Shown: positions 18,266-26,881, counted from the first letter of the stretch. The stretch is DNA of 32,000 nt from Haloferax volcanii DS2 (GCF_000025685.1 NC_013964.1:405907-437906); one strand, 5' to 3'. Translations and numbers: made by a program. The notes: generated from the sequence alone by a model not told the origin.

Positions 18266-18327
18266 CCTTAATTATCAGCGGTTACATACACCGTTAGAGT
18301 CAACCGATGTTGGTGTAGTGAGTACGC

Positions 18328-18801
18328 ATGCACGCACACCACGACCGGTCGCGGCCGGCGACCCCCCTCTCCGAGTCGATTCTCGTCTGCGGCGACAGTC
18401 GAGTGTCGCTGACCGGCCCAGAGCTACGCGGGTTAGCCAGCGAGGACCGAACAGTGACGGTCGCGTGCGCGTCGGGGACGCGACACACCGCGACGTGGAC
18501 CGGGGTTCCGGTCCTCGACCTCTTTGCCGACGCCGGCCTCGACGACGAGACGACGCACCTCCTGGTCGAGAGCGCCGACGGCTATCGGGTCTGCATCGAC
18601 GTGTACGCCACCCTCGACGCGGTCGTCGCCTACGCCCGCGACGGGACACCGATAGGCGAAGAACACGACTACGAGACGCGCTTTATCGCGCCCGACGTCG
18701 ACGGGTCGCGGACGGTGAAAGGCGTCCGCGCCGTCGAGGCGCTCGCGCTCGACCCCGCCACCGACCCCGAATCGCTCGAAGACATCTTCAAGAAACCCTG
18801 A
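18328..18801 (+). CDS. short molybdopterin-binding oxidoreductase-domain protein (YedY/sulfite-oxidase Mo-domain-like)
   Basis: 157 aa. The segment VTVACASGTRHTATWTGVPVLDLFADAG...ADGYRVCI...RFIAPDVDGSRTVKGVRAVE matches the Oxidored_molyb pattern (C...W.GV.l..ll, DGY, R...P...g...vK). Confidence 0.6.
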   Translation: MHAHHDRSRPATPLSESILVCGDSRVSLTGPELRGLASEDRTVTVACASGTRHTATWTGVPVLDLFADAGLDDETTHLLVESADGYRVCIDVYATLDAVVAYARDGTPIGEEHDYETRFIAPDVDGSRTVKGVRAVEALALDPATDPESLEDIFKKP

Positions 18802-18805
18802 CCAG

Positions 18806-19564
18806 ATGACGCGAGAGAGACAGAACCGACCGGACCGGACGGACGCGCCGACAGCGGCGGCCGCGCCGAGTCTACGGCCCGCGCCGGACGCGACGGCCGT
18901 CGTCCTCGCCGGCGGCGAGAGCACCCGCTTCGGGCCCGGACACAAGGCTCTCGCGACGCTCGACGGGGAGCCGCTGATTCGGCGCGTCGTCGGGACGCTC
19001 CGAGCCGTGGCGGGCCGCCCCCCGATAGTCGCGGTTCGGACCGCAGACCAGCGCGAGCGCCTCGCGCAGGCGCTCCCGAGGGACTGGGACGTGCGGTTCG
19101 TCCGCGACGACCCGGGTCTGTCGGGGCCGCTCGCGGGCGTCACCGCGGCCGCCGACACAGTCACCACTTCGTGGCTGTTCGTCGCCGGCTGTGATATGCC
19201 GCTTCTCGAACCGCACGCGGTGGCGGCGCTGTTCGAGTGCGCCGCCCGGAGCGACGGCGACCGCGACCGCGACCGCGACCGGCACGTCTCAGCGGACGGC
19301 GACCGCCCCAGTCCGCCGGCCATCGTCCCCGTCTCCGAGCGCGGCCACGAACCGCTTCACGCCCTGTACCGTCGTGCCGCGGTCCGAGACAACGTCTCCG
19401 AACTCGCTCCCGACGACGGCCTCGGGGCGCTTTTGAACCGACTCGACGGCGTCGAGTACGTCGGATTCGACGCGCTTCCCGAGAGCGTCGACCGGTCGGT
19501 GACGAACGTGAACACGCGCACGGAGTTGGCGCGGGTCGCCGCCGGAGACGAGGTGCGGCGATGA
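18806..19564 (+). CDS. mobA: molybdenum cofactor guanylyltransferase
   Basis: 252 aa with VVLAGGESTRFG (the LAGGxSxRxG motif) and FVAGCDMPLL. It has an N-terminal extension and an internal DRDRDRDR-containing insertion. It starts 4 nt after the upstream stop. Confidence 0.85.
   Translation: MTRERQNRPDRTDAPTAAAAPSLRPAPDATAVVLAGGESTRFGPGHKALATLDGEPLIRRVVGTLRAVAGRPPIVAVRTADQRERLAQALPRDWDVRFVRDDPGLSGPLAGVTAAADTVTTSWLFVAGCDMPLLEPHAVAALFECAARSDGDRDRDRDRHVSADGDRPSPPAIVPVSERGHEPLHALYRRAAVRDNVSELAPDDGLGALLNRLDGVEYVGFDALPESVDRSVTNVNTRTELARVAAGDEVRR
19269..19292 (+). repeat. in-frame hexanucleotide microsatellite (GACCGC)x3 + GACCGG inside mobA
   Basis: Read directly. It encodes DRDRDRDR within a segment absent from typical ~200-aa MobA proteins. 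Confidence 0.85.
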
Positions 19565-20478
19565 ACCCCGACTCGGCCGCGGGTCGGTCGAGCAGACGGG
19601 CGTTCCTCGCGGCCGTCGGCGGGGTCGCGGCCGGCGGCCTCACCGCGACAGCGGGCTGTCTCGGCCGGGGTGAGGAAGCACCGACCGTATCGATTCTCGC
19701 CGCCGGAAGCCTCCAGCGGGCGCTCACCACCGAGTTCGACGCGCCGGACGGAACTCGCATCGAGGTCGAGGCCCACGGCTCAGCGCGCGTGGCCCGGATG
19801 GTCGACGACGACCAACGCGACCCCGACATCGTCGCCCTCGCGGACCCGGCGCTGTTCGACGCGCCGCTTTCGGTCCCGTGGTACGCGACGTTCGCCAACA
19901 ACGCGCTCGTCGTCGCGTACAACCCCCAGACGGAGGGCGGAACGCGGGTCACCGAGGCCGCCTCGTGGCCCGACGCCCTCCTCGACGACGCGGTCAGCCT
20001 CGGTCGGACCGACCCCGACCTCGACCCGCTGGGCTACCGGACGCGGTTCGCGCTCGCGCTCGCGGCCGACCACTACGACCGGCCGGCGCTCACAGCGGAC
20101 CTGCTCCGCCGCGACCAGATATACCCCGAGACGCAACTGCTCGCGCAGTTCGACGCCGGCGGCGTCGACGCGGCGTTCGTCTACCGGAGCATGGCCGTCG
20201 AGCGCGACTACCCGTACCTCGAACTCCCGGCGGCAATCAACCTGAGCGACCCCGACCACGCGTCGGCGTACGCGACAGTCAGCTACACGCTCCCGGACGG
20301 CGTCACCGTCCGCGGCGGCCCGATTCGGTACGCCGCGACGCGCCGCACCGACACGGCGGCGGCGAAGTCGGTGTTCGAGGCGCTCGTCGGGACCGCCGGC
20401 GACTTCCTCGAACCCTCCGGGTTCACCGTGCGCGCGAGCCACCCACACTACTTCGGAGATGTCCCACCGACAGCCTAA
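19561..20478 (+). CDS. ABC transporter substrate-binding lipoprotein, WtpA/ModA-type (molybdate/tungstate)
   Basis: The ATG at 19561 (ATGA overlap with mobA) gives MNPDSAAGRSSRRAFLAAVGGVAAGGLTATAGC, a Tat signal plus lipobox. The motifs ILAAGSLQ and TDPDLDPLGYR are as in WtpA-type oxyanion binders. The track ORF start at 19237 is an Arg-rich artefact. Confidence 0.8.
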   Translation: MNPDSAAGRSSRRAFLAAVGGVAAGGLTATAGCLGRGEEAPTVSILAAGSLQRALTTEFDAPDGTRIEVEAHGSARVARMVDDDQRDPDIVALADPALFDAPLSVPWYATFANNALVVAYNPQTEGGTRVTEAASWPDALLDDAVSLGRTDPDLDPLGYRTRFALALAADHYDRPALTADLLRRDQIYPETQLLAQFDAGGVDAAFVYRSMAVERDYPYLELPAAINLSDPDHASAYATVSYTLPDGVTVRGGPIRYAATRRTDTAAAKSVFEALVGTAGDFLEPSGFTVRASHPHYFGDVPPTA

Positions 20479-21268
20479 CCGCCGCGAGCGCGGCGTCACG
20501 CGACTCCTGCCCGAGACGTGGCGAGGCCTGACGCTGCTTCTCGCGGGGGTGCTTCTCCTCTACTACCTGCTTCCAATCGGCGCGCTCGTCTTCGCGCAGT
20601 CGCCGGCGTCGCTGGCTACCGACGTGACGAACGAGGTCGTCCTGACCGCCGCCACCAACTCCGTCGTCGCGGCGACGCTCAGCACGCTGGTCGCCGTCGC
20701 CTTCGGCGTTCCCTTGGCCTACTGGCTCTCGCGCACGTCGTTCCGCGGCCGCGACGTGATTCTGGCGCTGGTGATGCTCCCGCTCGTCCTCCCGCCGGTC
20801 GTCAGCGGGATGTTACTGCTCAGACTCGTCGGCCCCGCCGGCCTCGGCCAACTGACGAGCGTCCCGCTGACGCGCTCGCTTTTCGGCGTCGTTCTCGCGC
20901 AGACCTACGTCGCCTCGCCGTTTCTGGTCGTGACCGCGAAGACGGCCTTCGACGGCGTGGACAGGCAACTCGAAGCGGCGGCCCGCTCGCTCGGAGAGGA
21001 CCGCGTCGGGAGCGTTCGACGCGTGACGCTCCCGCTGGCGAAGCAGGGCATCCTCGCCGGCGTGACCCTGACGTTCGCGCGGGCAATCGGAGAGTTCGGC
21101 GCGACGCTCATGCTGGCGTACTACCCGCGGACGCTCCCGGTGCAAATCTGGGTGTCGTACCTCTCGACCGGCCTCGACGCCGCGTTCCCGGTCGCGCTCG
21201 TCCTCGTCGGCATCGCCGTCGGGGCGATTCTGCTGGTCCACGCGCTGGGGACGAACCCGTGGGAGTGA
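20459..21268 (+). CDS. ABC transporter permease (ModB/WtpB-like)
   Basis: 269 aa with 5-6 TM helices and the EAA-like loop LEAAARSLGEDRVGSVRRVTLPLA. It overlaps the binding-protein gene by 20 nt. Confidence 0.85.
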   Translation: MSHRQPNRRERGVTRLLPETWRGLTLLLAGVLLLYYLLPIGALVFAQSPASLATDVTNEVVLTAATNSVVAATLSTLVAVAFGVPLAYWLSRTSFRGRDVILALVMLPLVLPPVVSGMLLLRLVGPAGLGQLTSVPLTRSLFGVVLAQTYVASPFLVVTAKTAFDGVDRQLEAAARSLGEDRVGSVRRVTLPLAKQGILAGVTLTFARAIGEFGATLMLAYYPRTLPVQIWVSYLSTGLDAAFPVALVLVGIAVGAILLVHALGTNPWE

Positions 21269-21324
21269 ACGGATAGAAACCCACCATCGCGCCGCACCCG
21301 AGGGTTGAGTGCGGCGGCCCCCGA

Positions 21325-21414
21325 AGCGACCGTATACCCGTCGCGAGCGTGGGCGACGAGACGGTCGTCTCCGGCGAGGCCGTCGTGTTGTCGCTGGCGC
21401 ACGACGGGGGCGTG
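21325..21414 (+). pseudogene. possible 3' remnant of the missing ABC ATPase gene (TOBE-like tail)
   Basis: About 30 codons with almost exclusively G/C at third positions read SDRIPVASVGDETVVSGEAVVLSLAHDGGV. The frame is open from 21277 but has no ATG. It lies where the ATPase gene of a wtpABC/modABC operon would end. Confidence 0.2.
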
Positions 21415-21482
21415 AGAGGAAGGAACGAAGAGAGGAGTCGGGCTACCGACCGCAGGACTCACTCAGGCCGGCGTCGTCCCGC

Positions 21483-22973
21483 TTACAGCGGGTAGTCGCG
21501 GGGTTCGTGCTGGAGGGAAATCCACTTGTCCTCGGTGATTTCGTCGAGGAAGGCGTCGCTGTTGTAGGTGCCGACGCCGGACGCCCCGGTGCCGCTGAAC
21601 GGGACGTGCGCCTCGTCGTTGATGGGTTGGTCGTTGACGTGGACGTTGCCGGTCTCCATCCGGAGGGCGATTTCCTTGCCGGTGGCGAGGTCGCCGGCGT
21701 GGACCGATCCGGAGAGGCCGTACTCGGTCGCGTTGGCGAGTTCGACCGCCTCGTCGACGTCCGAGAAGGGGATGACGGGCGCGATGGGGCCGAAGTGCTC
21801 GTTGCGGGCCGCGGCCATGTCGTTGGTCACGCCCGAGAGGACGGTCGGCTGGACGACAAGCGAGTCGTCGACGCCGTCGAGGTCGGCCGTCGAGCCGCCG
21901 GTTTCCAGCGTCGCGCCGGCGGCGACCGTCTCCTCGACGTAGCCCAGCATTTCGTCGCGCTGGGACTCGTCGATGATGGGGCCGACGACCGTGTCGTCCT
22001 CGTGGGCGGAGCCGACGGGCAGCTCCGCGGCCCGCTCGGTCAGCTTCTCGACGTACTCGTCGTAGACCGACTCGTGGACGATGTGGCGGTTGATGGAGAT
22101 ACAGACCTGTCCCTGATGGACGAAGCTCCCGAAGACCGCGGCGTCGGCCGCGCGGTCGACGTCCGCACCCTCGGTCACGACGTGGGCGTTGTTGCCGCCG
22201 AGTTCCATCGCGGGCACGGCGAGGTTCTCGCCGGCGATGCCCGAGACGCGCTTGCCGACCTCGGTGGAGCCGGTGAACGCCACCACGTCGCTCTCGGGGT
22301 GGCCGGCGACGCGGTCACCGATTTCCGAGCCGCGGCCGGTGACGACGTTGACGACGCCCTCGGGGAGGTCGGTCTCCTCGAACAGCTTGGCGAACAGCAG
22401 CCCGCCCGTGATGGGGGAGTTGGTCGAGGGCTTCAGTACGACCGCGTTCCCCGCGGCGACGGCGGGCGCGACCGCCCGCATCGACAGGTTCAGCGGGAAG
22501 TTCCAGGGCGAGATGACCGTCACCACGCCCTTCGGGTTCTTCTGCACGATGTTCTCCTTGCCGGGGATGTTGGAGGCGACGTGCTCGCCACGCATCCGAC
22601 GGGGCAGCGTCGCGGCCTCGCTCGCGTGGTCGGAGGCGATTTGGATGGAGGTCTCGCCCATGATGCGCGAGCCGCCGACCTCGTGTGCGAGGAGGTCGAT
22701 AATCTCGTCTTCGTACTCGTTCAGCGCCTGGAGGAACTGCTCGACGACCTCCTGCCGCCGCGCGGGCGGCGCTTCGGCCCACGATTCCTGGGCTTCGGCG
22801 GCCGCCTCGTAGGCGGCGTCGACGTCGGCCTCCGTCCCGCGAGGGACGTGCGCGACCGTCTCGCGGGTCGACGGATCCTCGACTGCGATGCTCTCGCCGC
22901 TCTCACTTTCGGTCCACTCGCCGTCGATGTACAGCGCGTTCCAATCGGCGTCGGTGGCGATGTCGTCGACCAT
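21483..22973 (-). CDS. NAD(P)+-dependent aldehyde dehydrogenase
   Basis: 496 aa with catalytic contexts MELGGNNA (Glu) and HQGQVCISINR (Cys), plus the cofactor motif FTGSTEVG. Confidence 0.92.
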   Translation of the reverse strand: MVDDIATDADWNALYIDGEWTESESGESIAVEDPSTRETVAHVPRGTEADVDAAYEAAAEAQESWAEAPPARRQEVVEQFLQALNEYEDEIIDLLAHEVGGSRIMGETSIQIASDHASEAATLPRRMRGEHVASNIPGKENIVQKNPKGVVTVISPWNFPLNLSMRAVAPAVAAGNAVVLKPSTNSPITGGLLFAKLFEETDLPEGVVNVVTGRGSEIGDRVAGHPESDVVAFTGSTEVGKRVSGIAGENLAVPAMELGGNNAHVVTEGADVDRAADAAVFGSFVHQGQVCISINRHIVHESVYDEYVEKLTERAAELPVGSAHEDDTVVGPIIDESQRDEMLGYVEETVAAGATLETGGSTADLDGVDDSLVVQPTVLSGVTNDMAAARNEHFGPIAPVIPFSDVDEAVELANATEYGLSGSVHAGDLATGKEIALRMETGNVHVNDQPINDEAHVPFSGTGASGVGTYNSDAFLDEITEDKWISLQHEPRDYPL

Positions 22974-23185
22974 GTGCAGTCGTGAGTTGGGGGCGGCGGG
23001 ATAAATGGGGCCGTAATGGGGAGAACTGCTCGCGTTACAACAACCTCAAGAGCCTCTGTCCCCGCGGCGCGCGAGGCGCGGTGACAGTATGGACGTGTCG
23101 AATGAAAGCGTCGTACACAACGACGACGACAGAGAGACGACAGACCGCCGATGAATATATGTTTTTTTAACAGAAACGGGTTCCC

Positions 23186-23380
23186 ATGAGGCGAACCAGG
23201 GCGCTGACGATGTATCTCATCGTTCCGTGTCTGCTCTACGCTGCCGCGTTCGTAATCGTGGTAACTCAGTTTTCGGCTGTCGTCGAAACCAGCACGCTGC
23301 GGCAGTCACACACGGTATTCGCAGCGATTATCGCGGTCGTTCTGCTCGTGAAAAGAGACGAACTGTCCGCCGAGAGGTGA
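23186..23380 (+). CDS. possible small two-TM membrane protein
   Basis: 64 aa with hydrophobic segments MYLIVPCLLYAAAFVIVVTQF and VFAAIIAVVLLV. An AT-rich box (AATATATGTTTTTTTAA, 23154-23170) lies about 25-30 nt upstream, consistent with a leaderless transcript. Codon bias is weaker than in neighbouring genes. Confidence 0.3.
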   Translation: MRRTRALTMYLIVPCLLYAAAFVIVVTQFSAVVETSTLRQSHTVFAAIIAVVLLVKRDELSAER

Positions 23381-23561
23381 GCGCGTTCCGCTCGGGGTGC
23401 GTGCTGTACTGCGTCACGAATTAGAATCGTCCGCCGAGTGCGAGGCGTCATCCGTACGCCTCAAGTTTGCCCATTCGACGGCGAGTCGCCGTTCCGCGAA
23501 ACATCCGAACCGACACCCACCTTCTTTACGGAGCGTTCCGTGGTCGCGAACAGAGGACTCG

Positions 23562-23777
23562 ATGACACCGAAACAGGGTGGACGTACACCGCTTTCTCCT
23601 CGCGCGACGCGAGCGTTCGAGCACCTTCGGCCCCTCGTCGCTGACCGCGACGCCGGGATGCCCGTGGCGGACGCGCGCCAACGAGTTCGCTCGGCGGGTG
23701 AAGACCCCGCGGCCGTCGACGAACTCCTGAACAAGGGCTATCTCTACGAAGTCGAAGGCGACGTGTTCGTGACGTGA
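23562..23777 (+). CDS. small hypothetical protein (71 aa)
   Basis: The internal ATG of track ORF 23397..23777 gives MTPKQGGRTPLSPRATRAFEHLRPLV...LLNKGYLYEVEGDVFVT. GC3 is good from this ATG onward and poor upstream of it. Confidence 0.45.
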   Translation: MTPKQGGRTPLSPRATRAFEHLRPLVADRDAGMPVADARQRVRSAGEDPAAVDELLNKGYLYEVEGDVFVT

Positions 23778-24013
23778 GCGCTGTCGCGCCGGCCTGACCG
23801 GACGCGAAGGCGGACCGCCGAACCGGACGCGACGAAGTGCGAGGCCGCGCCGACCGCGACCCGCTCGCGGGAGTCGGGTGCGACTATCCTGTGACACGCG
23901 AAGATTTTCGGCTATATAGCTCCCGTGCGACTCGTGAGACGCACATATCCGTCACGAGAATCGAGAGGAGCCACGAGATACTTACACCGCGAGCGAGACG
24001 TGCGGGGTGCATC

Positions 24014-24751
24014 ATGAAGAAGGTCCTCGCACGAATCGGAATCGGCAACGCGACCGTCGATACCGTCCTCCCCTCCGATACCGTCCGCCCCGGCGAGACG
24101 GTCGACGCAGAGGTTCGCATCGAAGGCGGGTCGGCGGAACAGGAAATCGGGAAGGTTCGGTTCGAGCTGGAGACCCGCTACCGAACCGACGACGGCTACC
24201 GAGAGGTCGATATCGCGCAGTACACCCTCGCGGAGAGCCTCACTGTCCAACCGGACGAACAAGAGACACGGGACGTGTCACTCGACATTCCCCACGGGAC
24301 GCCCGTCACACTCGGGAACGTCGACGTGTGGGTCGAGACCGAACTCGACATCGAACTGGCCGTCGACCCCGAAGACAAAGACTACCTGAACGTCCAGCCG
24401 ACGCCGCGGCTGCAAGCCGTCTTCGACGCGCTCGACGACCTCGGCTTCTCGCTGCACACCGCCGAGTGCGAGGCCGACCCCCACGGCGTGTTCACCTCGT
24501 CGCGGCGCTTCGTCCAAGAGTTCGAGTTCCGACCCACGTCGGGTCCGTTCGCCGGCGATGTAGACGAACTCGAAGTCGTGCCGCGACCGGACGAAGACGC
24601 GCTCGAACTGTTCCTCGAAGTCGACCGCCGCGGCGGCGTGCTGAGCGAGCTCAGCGACTTAGACGAGCGGACCGTCCAGACGACGGTTCGGACCACCGAC
24701 GTGAGCGACGTGCGCGACGAGCTGGAGTCGCTGATTCGCGCCAACGCCTGA
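24014..24751 (+). CDS. Spo0M-like (sporulation-control protein family) protein
   Basis: The ATG at 24014 gives MKKVLARIGIGNATVDTVLPSDTVRPGETVDAEVRIEGG..., the typical SpoOM N-terminal arrestin-like domain. 245 aa. The upstream part of the track ORF is Arg-rich junk. Confidence 0.8.
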   Translation: MKKVLARIGIGNATVDTVLPSDTVRPGETVDAEVRIEGGSAEQEIGKVRFELETRYRTDDGYREVDIAQYTLAESLTVQPDEQETRDVSLDIPHGTPVTLGNVDVWVETELDIELAVDPEDKDYLNVQPTPRLQAVFDALDDLGFSLHTAECEADPHGVFTSSRRFVQEFEFRPTSGPFAGDVDELEVVPRPDEDALELFLEVDRRGGVLSELSDLDERTVQTTVRTTDVSDVRDELESLIRANA

Positions 24752-24832
24752 CGGCGGCGCACGGGACGAATTACCCCAACTCACTTCCGGCGACCCAACG
24801 TTTTTGCGTCGATTCGGCGTATCTCTGCCGGC

Positions 24833-25843
24833 ATGACGACACTCGAAGACATCGACCTGGACTTCGTCCCGTTCGGCCAGACGGGTCTCCAGACGAGCGA
24901 ACTCCAGTTCGGGACGTGGCGGTTCGGCAAGGAGACCGAACAGGGCAACGTCGAAATCGACGAGGAGCGCGCGCACGAACTGCTCGACGCTTACGAGGCG
25001 GCCGGCGGGCGCTTCATCGACACCGCAGACATCTACGGCGGCGGCGCGAGCGAGCGCTGGATCGGCGACTGGCTCGAAGACCGAGACCGAGAGCGCTTCA
25101 CCATCGCGTCCAAAATCTACTGGCAGATTCGCGACGGCGACCCGAACAGCCGCGGGACGAACCGGAAGAACGTCCGCCACCGCATCGACGCCCTACTCGA
25201 CCGCCTCGACACCGACTACGTTGACGTGCTCTACATCCACCGCTGGGACGACGAGACGCCCACGCGCGAGATGATGAAGACGCTCAACGGCCTCGTCGAA
25301 GACGGGAAGGTCCACTACCTCGGCGCGTCGACGCTCCGACCGAACGCCTGGAAAGTGGCGAGGGCGAACGAAATCGCCCGCGCCGAGGGCTGGGAGCCGT
25401 TCACGGTCGCACAGCCGCGGTACAACCTCGTCGACCGCGAAATCGAAGGGGATTACTTGGAGATGACCCGCTCGTACGGCATCGCGGTCTGCCCGTGGAG
25501 CCCGCTCGGACAGGGCTTTCTCACCGGAAAGTACACCCGCGAGGACGGTCTCACCGGCGAGTCCCGCGCCGCGGAGTCCAGCCGGTTCGAGGAGTCGTAT
25601 CTGACCGAGGAGAACTTCGACGTGCACGACGAACTCGATGCGGTCGCCGGAGAAGTCGACGCGACGCCCGCGCAGACGGCGCTCGCGTGGCTCATGCACC
25701 GCGACGGCGTCACCGCACCCATCGTCGGCGCGCGCACGGTCGAACAGCTGACCGAGAACCTCGAAGCCGCGACCATCGACCTCACGGACGAGCAGGTCGA
25801 CCGCCTGACCGGGGCGAAGCCCGACCCCTACGTGGGGCTCTAA
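24833..25843 (+). CDS. aldo/keto reductase
   Basis: 336 aa with FIDTADIYGGGASE, ASKIYW and YIHRWD, plus C-terminal AKR blocks (PIVGARTVEQLTENL). Confidence 0.92.
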   Translation: MTTLEDIDLDFVPFGQTGLQTSELQFGTWRFGKETEQGNVEIDEERAHELLDAYEAAGGRFIDTADIYGGGASERWIGDWLEDRDRERFTIASKIYWQIRDGDPNSRGTNRKNVRHRIDALLDRLDTDYVDVLYIHRWDDETPTREMMKTLNGLVEDGKVHYLGASTLRPNAWKVARANEIARAEGWEPFTVAQPRYNLVDREIEGDYLEMTRSYGIAVCPWSPLGQGFLTGKYTREDGLTGESRAAESSRFEESYLTEENFDVHDELDAVAGEVDATPAQTALAWLMHRDGVTAPIVGARTVEQLTENLEAATIDLTDEQVDRLTGAKPDPYVGL

Positions 25844-25861
25844 CGGCCTATTTGGGCAGTA

Positions 25862-26881
25862 TTACACGCCCTCGCGAATCGTCTTGTAGAGGTGCGCGAG
25901 CGTCTTCATCCCCGGCGCGTTCCGTTCGAGGGAGTAGAAGGGGTGAAGTTCGGGGTTGAACTTCGCCTTGTATCGGTTGATGCGGCGGTTGTTCGCGCCG
26001 ACGAGGTCGTAAGTCGTCCGCCCGCGGTCCATCGCGTCGCGCATGATGCGCCAGTCCAGCAGGTCGTTGATGGCGAGGTCTGAGTCCACGTCGGCCCGGA
26101 CGCCGCCCTGCCACCGCGACACCGTCTCCTTGTAGTCGACGGCGAGGATTCCGCCGGCGAACTCGCCGTCGATTCGGAGGACGTAGGGGCGAATCTGTCC
26201 CTCGGGAAGGGTGGCGTAGAGGTCCCTGACGAACTCCGGCGACGACCGATAGGAGATGCCCTGCGCTTCGTAGCGCGAGGCGACCTGTTCGACGATGCGC
26301 TCGATTGCTTCGGGGCCGCCCTCCTCGATGGTGTACGCGTCGTCGAGCGCGTTCCGAATGTTCGACCGGGCGTCGCTACTGAAGCTCATGAACACGTCGT
26401 CGACGCCGGGCGAGAGGTCGACGTGGTAGGTGTACTGCGGCGTTATCGCGTAGTCGTTCCACGAGAACGCCCTGAGGTCGTCGTACCGGCCGTCGAGTCG
26501 GATGTGGGCGTAGCGCGGCCGAATCTCGTCGCGGACCCATGCGAGACAGTCGTCGATGAACTCGTGGTGTCGTCCCTCGCGCTTTCGCTGTTTCATGTGG
26601 TCCATGTTCAGGAGGACCGGACCGAGGTACGCGACGCGAAGCTCCGGCGGCGGCGAAAACACCGTCGCTATCGGCCCCTTGTTGATCCGGAACACCGGAA
26701 ACAGTCCGACGACCTCCTCGCCTTTTCGTCCGACGAGCGGAACCAACTCCGCGCCCGCGTGCGCCGCCTGAATCTCCAGCGCGTCGTACTGATGGAACGC
26801 GTTGCCATGCGGTGACTGTTCGACGAACGTGTCCCAGCCGTGGACGTCGTCTCCAGTCGCCCGCCGAACCTCGATACTCAT
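25862..26881 (-). CDS. FemAB-like / BioF2-like GNAT acyltransferase
   Basis: 339 aa. The C-terminal half, GGILAVDYKETVSRWQGG...INDLLDWRIMRDAMDRGRTTYDLVGANNRRINRYKAKFNPEL, matches the FemAB-type acetyltransferase fold pattern (from memory of Acetyltransf_6). Confidence 0.75.
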   Translation of the reverse strand: MSIEVRRATGDDVHGWDTFVEQSPHGNAFHQYDALEIQAAHAGAELVPLVGRKGEEVVGLFPVFRINKGPIATVFSPPPELRVAYLGPVLLNMDHMKQRKREGRHHEFIDDCLAWVRDEIRPRYAHIRLDGRYDDLRAFSWNDYAITPQYTYHVDLSPGVDDVFMSFSSDARSNIRNALDDAYTIEEGGPEAIERIVEQVASRYEAQGISYRSSPEFVRDLYATLPEGQIRPYVLRIDGEFAGGILAVDYKETVSRWQGGVRADVDSDLAINDLLDWRIMRDAMDRGRTTYDLVGANNRRINRYKAKFNPELHPFYSLERNAPGMKTLAHLYKTIREGV

